Assembly (NCBI GenBank): GCA_022605425.2
Contig: JAKIMF020000001.1
Coordinates: forward strand, 310,001-374,000
Origin: Hamiltosporidium tvaerminnensis FI-OER-3-3
Taxonomy: Eukaryota > Fungi > Microsporidia
DNA length: 64,000 nucleotides
Reading direction: 5' to 3'
A model generated the notes under the pieces. That model made no database searches. It was not told where the DNA came from and saw only the letters and a list, made by a program, of their open reading frames with translations. A program made the position numbers and the translations under genes. Below, in pieces: positions 14,309 to 27,007 of this stretch (the stretch's first letter is position 1; every line of letters begins with the position of its first letter).

Positions 14309-14953
14309 TACCCTCTTAAAAAGAAAAACAGGTATTGTTTTTAATTAAAAAATTTTGTTCCCCTTTATATTTAGAAACTAACCAAATTGATTTGCTACAT
14401 TTAAATATTTAAAGTTTCATCAAAAGTAAACCTGTAAATATTTTTTTATTTGTCTTCTAGAATAATATTTGTGCTCAATTTTGATTCTTTAATCCTTTAT
14501 TTAATATGTAATCAAAGTAAAGTATATTTCATTGAATTAAAAATTTATAAAAACTTTGATCTTTTAAAAATAACTTTAGAATTCCTAGAAATATTGTAAA
14601 ATCTACTAATAATATTAATTTTATTGAAAATTAAATTTTTCATTCCCAAACCAAACTCAAAAATTGGTTCTGAAAATTAAATATTTACCTTTATTGACAC
14701 TTTATTCAGATTGAGATTCGAATACTAAAAGAATTTAAGTTTATTAAGTATTCTTTTAAAAGATTTCACTTGATCACAAACTAAATGAAAATATTTGTTC
14801 GTTACGGATTGAGTTTATAGTATATATTCATTACATTTTTTGAATAGAAAAACCCTAAAGAGAAATTTAATTGCAATAAAATATTTAAAAATTACATTAA
14901 CTATGAATTTTTTATATATAATATATCTTCGGTTACATAGCTAAATATTCATT

Positions 14954-15150
14954 ATCTTCGGCACTAAGCCCTGCACGAGCCTTGGCTGCTCTCATAATAC
15001 CGCCCACCGGTTCTTTTCCTGGTGGGTTTGTTTACTTTTTCGGGTTTCGTAACAAGGTGGTTTTAAAGGGTGTGTTTTTAGCCCTACAGCCAACATCAAA
15101 CTGAAGACTATTCCCTTTTAATCACCTCTTACGATCAGTAGAGAATACGC
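14954..15150 (-). mobile_element. Short RTE-derived bipartite (5' UTR + 3' end) non-autonomous element, decayed
   Basis: GC island. The minus strand has a variant of the RTE 5' motif GTCGTAAGAGGCGACTAA (ATCGTAAGAGGTGATTAAAAGGG), then GTTGG..AGGGCTAA..GTTACGAAACC, and ends GCCAAGGCTCGTGCAGGGCTTAGTGCCGAAGAT like RTE 3' ends. Recognised from memory of RTE sequences. Confidence 0.55.
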
Positions 15151-17139
15151 TGAATATGTATGGCAGAAATCAATTCTATCTGAATCGAAAATCTTAAATA
15201 TATTTGTTTTTATACTCACTTTTTAAACATTTAGAGGAAAAAAAGTTTTTGTTTTTCTAGGAATATAAGTTTGCTATTTAAAAGTACAATATATGGTTAT
15301 ATAAAGTCTAGCCGTTTCAAATTTTCTTATATAAAAGTAAAATTTTAAATTCCATAAACTAATAAAATTTTATCTTCATAAATTCTCAAATTGATTTAAC
15401 ATTCATACTGGGTTAAAATATTGATCATTTTATATCTTTTTCTCGAATAGATGATAATAAATTTATCTAAAATACTATTTGGGATTTTAAATTAAATAAA
15501 AATTTGCTTATTTTGAATAATTGGCCATTTTAGATTTCTTAAAACCAAGTGAACAGAGTTATATACGAAAATATAAATCTCCATAGAATTTCATTTAATT
15601 TAAAAAAAGATCTTCTGATTAATAGTTAATTCCAATTACTATTTTTACGAGTTTTAGATATATCAAGGAACTCTGCTTTGCTCTGTTAATATAATAGAAA
15701 TATCGTGTTTTTACTCGTATTATTCGTTATTTTCATTATTTTAATGGATTCAGAAAAGAATTATTTACAATTTAAATATTTTCAATGAAATTTATTCTAA
15801 ATTTTATTCAACAGAATTTAATAAAAAAATATAAAAAAGTCTTTAGATTGTTTTTAAAACTACAACTGAACTCATTTTTTTATACTTTAACGAATTTTAA
15901 ACTATCGGAACATATTTCATTACCTGTAAAAATTTACATAAATATATCCAAAGCAAAACGTTACGATATTTACACTGAATAATATTAGTTAAGTAGTACA
16001 TTTTAGCTTAAAAAATTATAATAGAAATACATAATTAAGTCAGATTTGGTATTTTTATCATGTAGTTTTAATAAATTAGCTTAGTTTATATAATTTCAGT
16101 CTTATAAATAGAATAGAACATTCAAAAATTTATTTTTAAAAATGGGTTTTCAGCATTGATATTTAAATAACAATTTACCTCTATTATTGATAAATAAATT
16201 AAAAGTCAAATCTATACCTTATTTCAATAGATAATTATATTTTAGAAAGAAATACAATTTATAGATAAACCTTTTAAAACCTATGAAAGAAGTAAAATAT
16301 TATTTTATTAGATAATATATGTGGTTTGGGATCATTAAAAATCCAAAATAATTTACATATATTGACTTAATTTGCACATTTTAAACAATTTTAATGTAAT
16401 TTAATAGATAATATGAACAATAAATATTTAGATTGGATTTTGAAAGAGATTTGTCATTTTAAACCATAATTAATACTTATAATTCGTAATCTTTAGAATG
16501 TAAATATGCTTGTAATATGATATTTTACAGCTTTTTTCTATTATATTTTTAGAATGATCTATTCTGTAGTTAATATTAATCGATTTATCCACCAATCTAA
16601 TTTTATTTATTTGTACCATAAAATTAATCTTAAATTCGTGATATTTGTATACTTTATGTAATTTAATACAGAATGTACTTTGGTTAAACTCCTGCACAAA
16701 TTAATCTCTCGTTTTTTCTTCTTTATTAATATTTTTTTTGGCTTTTTTAATGAGTGTTTCCTTTTCATTCACTCTATCGACAAACAAAAATTTAATTAAT
16801 TAATGTTTAAATGTTTTATTATTGTGTATGTATTGCAAAAAAATTCAAATATTCAAAGCCCCTGATTCTTCTACCATTTCTTATTCTTTTCATTATCTCT
16901 TTAGACATATTTTACAAAGTTTAACCATAATTAATTCTGAATTTAACTTTTTGTATAAAAATATATTGTTTCGGTTGTATTTTAAACACCTTTTAGATAA
17001 TTATACTCGATGTTTTGCTTAAACTCTTTTAATTAAGGTCTTTTCTATCTTATAAAGTATACCGCAAATTATTTTTCAATAATAATTTCCAGAAAAATAT
17101 ATTCTTTATTAGCTAGCAAGTCATATTACTGAAAATACA

Positions 17140-17316
17140 AATTTTCATCAACTGAAGCAAAGTTTGTGAAATAATTTCGAGGCTAAATAAATGTTGCCTA
17201 ACTCAATTCCTTGTCTAAAATAAATATATCTGGTCTGTTATTCTAAATTCCCATTCAAGTTTTTATTCTGGTGTCCACTCTTATTTCTGCATACTCATTT
17301 TCGAGAATTTCCTTAA
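17140..17316 (-). mobile_element. Remnant of the R4-like element (endonuclease region)
   Basis: TTCTGGTGTCCACTCTTATTTCTGCATACTCATT nearly matches 49177-49210; encodes ENEYAEIRVDTRIK..NNRPDIFILD. Confidence 0.8.
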
Positions 17317-17340
17317 CAAAAAAGTCTTTAATTTATACAT

Positions 17341-17564
17341 TATTTACTTATTCAATTATTCTTCTACTTCTCTGTATCGAGGAGGAACAACTAGAAGTTT
17401 TTTAATTGCTTCTTTTAATCTGTATAATTTAGGAGGATAGGTGATTAGCTTATAAATTCAATGTGGTTTATATTTTATAAAAATGCCAAAAATGATTTTC
17501 ATATCAATTTCACACACTCATTGCCAACCAGATAGTTTATAATGTGATTATCCCTCTCTCCACC
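17341..17564 (-). repeat. Dispersed repeat family A, copy 2
   Basis: Reverse complement of the family A core (CATTGCCAACCAGATAGTTTATAATGTGATTATCC; TAATTGCTTCTTTTAATCT). Confidence 0.75.
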
Positions 17565-18259
17565 TGCTTTGATTTATATTCTTCAATATTTGTAAATTTA
17601 TATATAAATTACTTCCTTATGAGTCTAATATTATTAATCATAGAAATATAATCACGAAAAAGCAATAAAAAAACTTTAGTCATTTTCTAGAATATTATAC
17701 TAATGAAAATTTAGTGCTGGAATTTGTTTTTTCCTTAAATATAACAAGTTACAATTTCATCTTATAGTTTTCAAATTAAGATTTCTTTATGCATTAAAAG
17801 AATTTTTAATGATGATTAAATCCTTATTTCCAAAGCAATCAAATTAGTAAGTATAATTTTTGGTTTCTTACCTGTAAAAAGAGATACAAGTTAAAATAAA
17901 AATTATGTTTTTATGTCCACCAGAGTAATCTATAGTTAACTTCTAATATAAATATTATTCTTGGTTTATAGGTTATTTATCATTAACTATTTTTAAACCT
18001 TTATTTTATATTTTTATGTCTATATAATACAATAGACTAATGAAAATATTTTTTTCCACCTAATAGTAAGATTGATTCAATCCCTGGTATATAAATATAC
18101 CATTCTTTAATTTAATCAACATGTTATATCCTACAAAATAAACAATATCACTTTCTTTCTCATTACACACATGTTTTATTGAATTAAATTTATTTCTTCT
18201 TAAATTTAATAGATTATCATAAGTCACACCTCAAAAAAGTAGAAATATCCAAAAATAAT

Positions 18260-18640
18260 GAAGAATACATTCAATTCATAGTACTTAAGAAGACAGTCGA
18301 AACAATTTCCTTTGATCGACGAAGAGGACCTGAGTCGAGACCAAATGCCGAAGAGAGCTAGGAAAGAAGATCATTAAGTGTTATTTTAGGAGCTGAGATG
18401 CATAAACAACCAAAACCTTTTTTAAAGCAAGGGAATAACCAGGAAGATGTGTTAAACATTATAAAACAAAAAAATAATACAATTCCTAATTCAAAACAAG
18501 GAATCACATTAGAAGAACACTAGAGAAACCTACAATAAATATAAATGAAGAGTCGTATCTAGTGGAAGAAAATATGGGCGTTAAAGAGGTAGAAAGGAAT
18601 TTATAAAAGCCATAAAGAAGTTTGAACCCATTTTCATCAA
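18260..18640 (+). mobile_element. 3' remnant of the R4-like element
   Basis: ATAGTACTTAAGAAGACAGTCGAAACAATTTCCTTTGATCGACGAAGAGGAC (IVLKKTVETISFDRRRG) runs on to a decayed 3' UTR; contains stops and indels. Confidence 0.85.
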
Positions 18641-18689
18641 ATAGAAATTTGTTTTAAAATTATTTTTTTTATCAATTAAATATTTCCTT

Positions 18690-19312
18690 TCCTCTTCGCT
18701 CAAACCATTTTCCCTTTCCGTCCCTTAAATTTATCACTCTTTTTTCCCTTTTATAGAATATATACCTCCTCACTCCAATAAAATATTCCCTTACCTTAAA
18801 ATTTTTTTCCTTCCCTTAAATTATATTTATCACTCCTTTTCCCTTCCCTTAAATTAAATTTATGTCACCCTTTCACTCTTATAGAATATATTCCTTCCCT
18901 TAAAATATTCCCTTCCCTTAAAATATTTTCCCTTCCCTTAAATTAAAATAATTCTTTATCTTTCCAAAATAATTTACTATTTAAAAATCTACAATAAATT
19001 AAATCTTTTTTCTTAGTTTTTAAAATCTATAAAAGAAAAACTACCAAAAAAGACTAATAAATAACACTTAAAAAAAGACAATTAAAAAGAAGTCTTCTAT
19101 GTTACAAAAACAAAACGAAGAAAAAAAATAAAAACCAAATAAACCAAATATAAATACTAAATAAAATCTTAATAAAAACCAAATATAAAAAATAAAAACC
19201 AAATAAAAACCAATAAAACAATTTAAAAACCTAATAAATACTAAATAAAATCTTAATAAAAACCAAATATAAAAAATAAAAACCAAATAAAAAACCAAAT
19301 AAAAACCAAATA
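18690..19312. repeat. Low-complexity tandem repeats (TTCCCTTCCCTTAAA-like, then AAAAACCAAATA-like) downstream of the GATA gene
   Basis: Repeat units directly visible. Confidence 0.75.
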
Positions 19313-19377
19313 ATTATTACAAATACCACTTTAATTATTGAAACACTTATTCTCTAAAACAATAAGAAATCCTTAAA

Positions 19378-21024
19378 TTACTTATTTTTCATAAAACTAA
19401 TAAGAACAGAAGCAGCCAAATATTCCAATTCATCAAAATATTTTTCATTTTCTTCTTTCTCCTCACTAAAACTCTTTTCATTGTTTAAAACATCCAAATA
19501 CTCGATTTCCTTGTCATAATTAACACGTTTGTATAAATCGTTGATACACGCTGTACTTTTCTCAAACTCTACTCTGCTAACACTTCCTATAAATTTATTA
19601 TTTTTTGTATTTTTTCTCTCCAATTCATCCTTTTGAATATCTTCTCTCTTCCAGTCACTGATATAATCTTCTCTCTTGTTGTCATCTCTCTTCCAGTCAC
19701 TGATATAATCTTCTCTCTTGTTGTCATCTCTCTTCCAGTCACTGATATAATCTTCCTTATTCCTATCTCTACTACTAAACTCACCAATATATTCGTCTCT
19801 CTTCATATCTCTTCTACTAAACTTGCCATTCCATTCTTTTTTATTCCAATCATTGTCACCATAAAAAGTATTTTCATCTCCACAGTTCATATAGTCTTTA
19901 CTACCCCCTTTCATATATTTGACACTTTCACCCTTATTTATCTTAGTAAACCTGTCAATCACATCTATACATTGCCTTTTAAGGCCCCTGTCATATTGAT
20001 AGGAGTCATCTGTAATATTTTCTGTGGTGGATATACGGAGAGGTAATGAGGTGTGAGATACATCCAAGGGGGTAATATAGTCCTTACTTGTGTAGTCATT
20101 GAGGTATCCCTTACTATAATCCTTAATATATTCTTTGGTATATTCTTTGGTAAATTCTTTGGTAAAATCCTTATATTCCTTGGTGGGGTATTCGGTATGG
20201 CTATCCTGGTCATCACTGTAATTACTGCTCTTATATTTATATTCGTTACTGTTGTGTTTCTTATTACCGAGGGTTAAAGATGGATTCATAGATTTTTGTA
20301 TGGCAGGATTAATTAAAGGGCTTTCAATAAGATGTTCATTATTTTGTTTTTTAACGGTATCGTTTTTCTTACCCGTAAAATCTTTAGAGTCACAGAAATT
20401 TTTGTCAAAAAAACGATCGGATTTTTTGCTTCGAGAAAAATAAAGATTTGTGTCCGTAAAATTCCTTTCTTCTTCTTCATTCCTGTATTTCTTCTGATTG
20501 TCGTAATTACCTTCCCTGTTCTCATAAAAATTCCTTTCGTCTTCTTTCCTGTATTTCTTCTGATTGTCGTAAGTACCTTCCCTGTTATCGTTGTCAAAAA
20601 GACACTCTTCCTCCCTTTTATACCTCTTCTCACCATCATACACACATTCCCTGTTCTCTTTGTCAAAAAGACACTCTTCCTCTCTTTTATACCTCTTCTC
20701 ACTATCATACACACATTCCCTGTTCTCTGTATCATAAAAATTATCATCTTCTCTTCTGTACCTCTTCTCACTCTCATACACACATTCTCTCTCACTAGAC
20801 ACCGACCTGTCACAATACTCCATAGGAGATGTAGATCTACGTGTTCGTTGCCGATGCCGAAAAGATTCGGTTTTAAGCTCGTGTGGTCGGTTACTCTTAT
20901 GTATTTTATAATACAACCCACACGCATTACACAGATACGATCCGTCATTACTTCTTCGCCACAATGGTGTTACCCGTGTCTTACAGTTACTACACGATAT
21001 TTCTTGTGACTTGTCCTCTATCAT
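19378..21024 (-). CDS. GATA-type zinc-finger transcription factor
   Basis: CSNC-x17-CNAC finger (CSNCKTRVTPLWRRSNDGSYLCNACGLYYKIH..RP). AACCCTCAAT precedes the ATG. Internal ~22-aa and 14-aa tandem repeats. Confidence 0.95.
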   Translation of the reverse strand: MIEDKSQEISCSNCKTRVTPLWRRSNDGSYLCNACGLYYKIHKSNRPHELKTESFRHRQRTRRSTSPMEYCDRSVSSERECVYESEKRYRREDDNFYDTENRECVYDSEKRYKREEECLFDKENRECVYDGEKRYKREEECLFDNDNREGTYDNQKKYRKEDERNFYENREGNYDNQKKYRNEEEERNFTDTNLYFSRSKKSDRFFDKNFCDSKDFTGKKNDTVKKQNNEHLIESPLINPAIQKSMNPSLTLGNKKHNSNEYKYKSSNYSDDQDSHTEYPTKEYKDFTKEFTKEYTKEYIKDYSKGYLNDYTSKDYITPLDVSHTSLPLRISTTENITDDSYQYDRGLKRQCIDVIDRFTKINKGESVKYMKGGSKDYMNCGDENTFYGDNDWNKKEWNGKFSRRDMKRDEYIGEFSSRDRNKEDYISDWKRDDNKREDYISDWKRDDNKREDYISDWKREDIQKDELERKNTKNNKFIGSVSRVEFEKSTACINDLYKRVNYDKEIEYLDVLNNEKSFSEEKEENEKYFDELEYLAASVLISFMKNK

Positions 21025-21234
21025 ATTGAGGGTTAAGTTTTTATCTTATCTTGACATCTATCAAATAAAATATTTTATTATATCTTATTATTATATCTTA
21101 TTATTATATCTTATCTTATTTTATTTTATTTTTGTGTGATAATATATGGCAAAGTACAGTATTTTTTATATATTTTAGTATTTTTATATAATTATAGTAT
21201 TTTTTATATATTTTTAATACGAATGTCTTTGAAT

Positions 21235-21580
21235 TAGATAGTACTTATAATACTTATTATAATACTTATTATATTACTTAGATATTACTTATTATATTAC
21301 TTATTATAATACTTATTATATCTCTTAGATAGTACTTATGATACTACTTATTATAGTACTTAGATAGTACTTATAATACTTAGATAGTACTTATGATACT
21401 ACTTATTATATCTCTTAGATAACACTTATGATAATACTTATATTACATATTAAAATATATATTACTAACTATGATTATAATATAACTACTGTAATATCTA
21501 TCTATTAAATATCTATTAAATATCTATTAAATATCTATTAAATATCTATTAAATATCTATTAAATATCTATTAAATATCT
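21235..21580. repeat. Minisatellites: TAGATAGTACTTAT-like array and 11-bp ATCTATTAAAT (about 7 copies)
   Basis: Repeat units directly visible. Confidence 0.85.
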
Positions 21581-21710
21581 TTAAGTTCTATTTATAATTT
21601 GATAAGATTTTAATAATTAGATAGAATATATGATATGTGTGATAAAAATATAAATCTTAGTGTTAAATATTTTATTAAAAATGACTTTCATTTTTACATT
21701 AAAAATAATC

Positions 21711-21876
21711 AGATAATAATTAGTTAGAAGATAAGAATTGGTTAGAAGATAAGAATTAGTTAGAAGATAAGAATTAGTTAGAAGATAATAATTAGTTAGA
21801 AGATAAGAATTAGTTAGAATAAAAGAATTGGTTAGAAGATAAGAATTAGTTAGAAGATAAGAATTGTGATAAGAAT
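21711..21876. promoter_or_regulatory. 18-bp tandem array TAGTTAGAAGATAAGAAT x8 carrying WGATAA sites (candidate GATA-binding array)
   Basis: Eight units from 21721; six contain AGATAAG, one AGATAAT. Lies ~700 bp upstream of the GATA gene. The repeat is certain; the function is inferred. Confidence 0.5.
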
Positions 21877-22091
21877 AAAAATATTTTAATACTTTAGAAT
21901 GTAAATACTATTTAAGATATGAATAAGAGTCAGAATAAGAATATGGATATGAGTAAGAGTAAGAGTAAGGGTAAAGAGATATAATTTTAGATGTATGATA
22001 GTATAATAATTAATTTTATGGTAACAAGTAGAAGAGTATATTTAATTTAATTATTATTTAAAAGAATGAATTTATTTTAATAAATTAAAAG

Positions 22092-22372
22092 TGAATTATT
22101 AATAACGATCTATAAATAGAAAAAGATAATAAACTGAGGATTTATTTAGTTTTAATGACTTGGAGATATGAATTATTAATAAATATCTATAAATAGAAAA
22201 GATAATAAATTGAGGATTTATTTAGTTTTAATGACTTGGAGATATGAATTATTAATAAATATCTATAAATAGAAAAGATAATAAATTGAGGATTTATTTA
22301 GTTTTAATGACTTGGAGATATGAATTATTAATAAATATCTATAATTAGAAAATATAATAAATTGAGGATTTA
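22092..22372. repeat. 76-bp tandem repeat, about 3.7 copies
   Basis: Units start at 22092, 22169, 22245 and 22321 (TGAATTATTAATAA...AAGATAATAAATTGAGGATTTA...GGAGATA). Confidence 0.9.
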
Positions 22373-25293
22373 CTTAAAATATTTTAATATGATGTGATAA
22401 ATGCTTTATAGGTAGAAAAGTAGATATAATTTAAAGAACAAAAACATGATACTTAAGATATAATATGTAAATAAGATATAATATATAAATAAGATATAAT
22501 ATTTATGCTTGTTTTATATTTTATGGTTAAGAAAGATTTTTTTATCAATAAATTAAAAAAATAGGAAATATTAAAAATAATATTTTTACTTCTATAAACA
22601 GTAATAGAATGATTAAATGTGGAGAATATAAGGAAATAAAGAATATTTGAAATGTGGCTGTGAAATATTAAACTTTAAAGTATTGACTTATAAAATTAGA
22701 AATAAAGAAATAAAGAAATAAAGAATTAAAGAATTTAAGAAATTAAGAAATTAAAGAATTAAAAGTATTTGACTTATAAAAGCAGAAATAAGAATTTAAA
22801 GAATTTAAGAATTAATTTATTATTAAACTTAAGAAGTATTTGATTATACAAGGAAGAAATAAAAATTTAAAATGTTTTTAACCCTTAGCTTCCCAAAAGA
22901 AGGAGGTCTTTAGAAATATTTAGGGAAAATAGAAGGTAGCAGAGGAATTTTAAAAAAAAGTTATTTGAATAAATAGAAGTAAATGTGGTTTTCAAGTTTG
23001 ATAAACTAGATTAAATGTAAAGTAAATATTTGATGCAATCAATCAACATGCGATATCGTTAATAAACTATCATATATTATTAATTCTACTTGAACTAGCT
23101 AATTTGTTTGAGTTAGATAGAATTTGGGAAGTTTTAGTAAAATATGAAGCACTTAAGACTACGTCTTAAAGTGTTTATACACTTTCGAAGAAAGTAACTT
23201 GGAAAGAATAAATATTTTTTAGATGAGAATTTAAAATAGGATTTTGACTCTTTTGAATTTCTTGGAAATTAAGATGTAATTACTAAAAAAGTAGGTATCA
23301 AAATAAAGAAAATCAAAAAATTTGGTTTTGTTTTTTCTTAAGGACTTTATCTGAATTTTTAATAAATTATATGTAAAATAAATGTTAAATATTATTATAG
23401 AATGAAATAAGATTATAGGTTTAAAATTATACAAAATTAACTAATAGATTCTTATTTGTGTTTATGATAATTTATAAAAAAAGCTATTAATATTTTAGTA
23501 AGAAATAAGATGTGTTTGATACAAATAGAAAATAATTAGTTCTGTACAAAAAAAATAATCGTAATATTGAAATATTAAAGTTTTTAAAATGTGCCAGTAG
23601 GATATTTATAGACATATTAAAAATTTTAATAAACAAATTTGACTTAAGAGGTTAAATTATTTTGTTTTCTATTTATGTATATAAGAAATATAAGAAATAT
23701 AAGATGTAAAATGGAGTTTCTGGCAGTTTATAGAAATATTAAGTATAAAAAACGTTGAAATTAAATTTTCGATTTCAAATAAAATATTGATTTTAATTTA
23801 AATAATAATAGATCCGGTAAAAATTTTTAGATATAAGAATAAACATAATTATCTTTGTAAAATAGATTTATAGATATTTAAAATTTCTTTTTTTTGGATT
23901 ATGTAAATCTTATTATAGGTGTGTGTAATTTCTTTATAATTGGCTTGGAGTCTATTTCCGAGCCTAATTACACAATTTTTTTAGTAATGTTTAGGCTTAG
24001 TTTAATTCAAATCGATAATACAGTATATATTATGTAAATAATTAATTGTCTTCCTGTTTTAGTATATACTTCTAGAGAAAATACTAAATAATATAGATAG
24101 AATTTTTTTTAGTGAATAGTATAGACTAAAACATGAAATTTCATCATAACTTAAAAATATCTAAGGTTGTAATACAAAAAGATAAATCTATACTAAGGAA
24201 TTATCAAATATATGCTTCTTTGGTGAATACCAACGCTTTGGGAATCGAAATTCCAATCATTTAATTTTTAGTCAAATATGATTATTGAGAAATATATTTA
24301 ATATAAATCAGAAAGGAATATTCTAGCACAAAATGTTTGCAAATTTAACAAATAACTTGATTTTTAATGTATGATTCTAATTATAAAAGCCAATTTATCT
24401 TTAACTTAAATGTTTTTGGAAAACTTTATAGATTTTGAATTAAATTTATTGAGAGAAACGAGATTTGTAATATATTAGTATTTTAATATATATTGGTTGT
24501 AATCTATATTGTTTTCAATCTATTAGTATAATTTAAATTGTAATTCATCTTTTTTCTCTTTTTATTTAAAGTTCATACTTGAAATCGTATAAAAATCTAA
24601 CATTTTTATTTTGATGTTTTTTATTTTACAAATCCAGTTCGTCTTTTCATATCTAAAATTGGTATAACTTTTATATAAGTAAATTTATTATACGTGATTC
24701 CTTGATTTTATTATTGACTATTTTTAGTATCTAACAACATATAAAGACATTCTATTTGAATGATAAATATCTACTTGTTGCATGTTATTATAACTATTTA
24801 TTATTAATTGAATCTTTTTGTCTTGAAGCTTAATATGAAATCACTTGAAGCAATTCTTACAGATAATTTTAGAAGATACTTTTCAATGCTAAACTAATAG
24901 ATAAAATTTTAGTGTGTAGTTAAGGTTTTATTCTCGTGAGTATAGGATGTCCTAAAAATCATGTATTGATTTTAATAGGTGGTCTGGAATTTTATAACAG
25001 AAATACCGAATTGATTTCCAAATTTGGATATAAATAACGTTTATTTTAACCAAATTCACATATATACTCGTGAATTGTACAAAAAGAATAAAATTTTTAA
25101 ATTTTTACTAAAAAATCATAATTGGTTATGAAAAAATGGAATAAACGTAAACAACTTTTTCGCCGGAATTATTTTTGAGATATATTTCAAATTTGAACAT
25201 AATTAGTAGAAACAGTAAATACGGTGAGAGCTATTGCTCTTAATCTTCATTATTTACCATACTTTTTTCATTAGAATATCGAAGCAGGTTCCG

Positions 25294-25567
25294 TGTTAGG
25301 GTTGAGAGAGGATAAGCACATTAAAAACTATATACTTGGCAATGAGTATGTGAAATTGTTGTTAAGATCATTTTGATATTTAGTAGGCTACAAATCACCT
25401 GAATCTTGAGACAAATCTCTTATATTTCGAGTTACAAAGCTTAAAAGAAGCAATTAAAAGACTTTCATTTGTTAATCTTCGACACCTAGAGGTAAAAGAA
25501 AACAGGAACAAGCAATTAGGTAAGTAAGTAATATTTGAAAGAGTAATAAGACCGACACTTTTAAACA
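25294..25567 (+). repeat. Dispersed repeat family A, copy 3
   Basis: Family A core; begins TGTTAG, possible end TTAAACA. Confidence 0.8.
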
Positions 25568-26290
25568 TTATAGTTTGTTTTATGTATAAATTTCTGCTGT
25601 TTAAGATTTATGTTTATGTCTCAATTCTTTGCTATATTCCCAATAGTTAGATAAATTTTTAAATTTTATGTGATCTACATTGTTTTATTTAACTGAATTA
25701 TTTCGTTTAATTTAAATTATTTTGGAGATGAAAATTTATATTAAAGTGTGAATAAATATATCTGCATATTCGTACCAAAAAATCAATACTTTAAGAATTT
25801 AAAGACTTTCTAAGTACTGACATGTCTTCAAACTTATAGTCGGAATATAAGTCTAAATCGATATAAAAGAAAGGCTGATTTAAAAAGAAATTCCAGATAC
25901 TTTCTTTTATCGAATATTTCATTCTCTAAGAAACTCTGTTAACAGATTATTTATTGTGTATTTTTTTGTGATCTGATTCCTCTAAAGATATTTTCTTACA
26001 ATACTTTGATATTGGAATAAATATATATAACGAGAGTACTTTAAACATTAAAAAGGGAATTCTAATATTAAATCCGGATTATGTGAACAACTTCTTGGAG
26101 ACAAAAATCAAGTTTTTTAAAAAAAGATTTCACTAGAAATTAGAACAAATTATTAGAAACAAATATAAAGTTAAGGAAAAACTATTAAAAATAAAATACA
26201 CTTAATAGTTTAATAAACTCCCTTTTATTTTCTTTATTTTTGGATATAATCCATTTTAATATTCAAAGAAAAATTTCTAAAAATAGAAAA

Positions 26291-27007
26291 TTAATTTGAA
26301 GAATCTAAAAGAATTTTTCGAAGTTTACTTCCATATTCAGAAAGCAAACCTGTTTCCATTTTAGAATCAGGCATATGTATGTTGTTAATAGGACAATACA
26401 TAGCAAAAAACCAACCTTTATATTTAGAAAAACTCGGATTATTTACTAGAACAACTGGATCTATTAAACTAGGTATTTCTTCCAATTTATATTGAAAAAA
26501 ATTTGGTCCATTAGTAACAAAACTAGATTTATCAAATCCCATCTTAATATAAATAGAATATGATACATTCATCATTTTATCTTTGGGATTAAGATGTAAT
26601 GCAACAAGTGTATCATCATTTAATTTATAGATATTTTTTAAAAACTTTACACTTTCTAAAATAAGTTTTGGCCCGATTTTTTTGCCTCGGTATTTTTCAT
26701 CGACAAAAACGGAATATATTTCCATAATTGGACACGATATTATATTTTTATTTTTCATACCATAATATGTATCTAAATTTATAAACAAAGAAGCTATTAG
26801 TTCTTTATTACTTCTATATTGAAAAACGTTAAATCTTTGTACATCTCCAAAAATTTCTTCTTTTTTCAGATCTAAGTTAAATTCTTTGTATATGTTTAAC
26901 ATATCATCACATATCTGATCGGGATGTTTAAAAGATTGGTTGTTGCTCAAAAAATATATAAAACGATATGGTTGCGCAGTTATTACTATGAGGAAAAGTA
27001 AAAACAT
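26291..27007 (-). CDS. GNAT-family acetyltransferase with predicted signal peptide
   Basis: Motif A VFVDEKYRGKKIGPKLI and motif B-like IYIKMGF. N-terminus MFLLFLIVITA. AACCCCTAAAAA precedes the ATG. Confidence 0.8.
   Translation of the reverse strand: MFLLFLIVITAQPYRFIYFLSNNQSFKHPDQICDDMLNIYKEFNLDLKKEEIFGDVQRFNVFQYRSNKELIASLFINLDTYYGMKNKNIISCPIMEIYSVFVDEKYRGKKIGPKLILESVKFLKNIYKLNDDTLVALHLNPKDKMMNVSYSIYIKMGFDKSSFVTNGPNFFQYKLEEIPSLIDPVVLVNNPSFSKYKGWFFAMYCPINNIHMPDSKMETGLLSEYGSKLRKILLDSSN

Noticed and set aside
750-17022. Short 60-95 aa intergenic ORFs (e.g. 750, 5155, 6809, 7709, 9569, 10537, 12439, 15785, 16470, 16822)
   Set aside because: F/I/K/L/N-rich chance ORFs in AT-rich DNA, many with non-ATG starts.
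19587-21009. Overlapping and antisense ORFs within the GATA gene (likewise within Rtf1, Nop9, DES1, Dus and the RT)
   Set aside because: Shadow frames of repetitive or biased coding sequence; no recognisable motifs.
21721-22372. Regular repeats as a CRISPR array
   Set aside because: Units are contiguous with no unique spacers; no cas genes; eukaryotic context.
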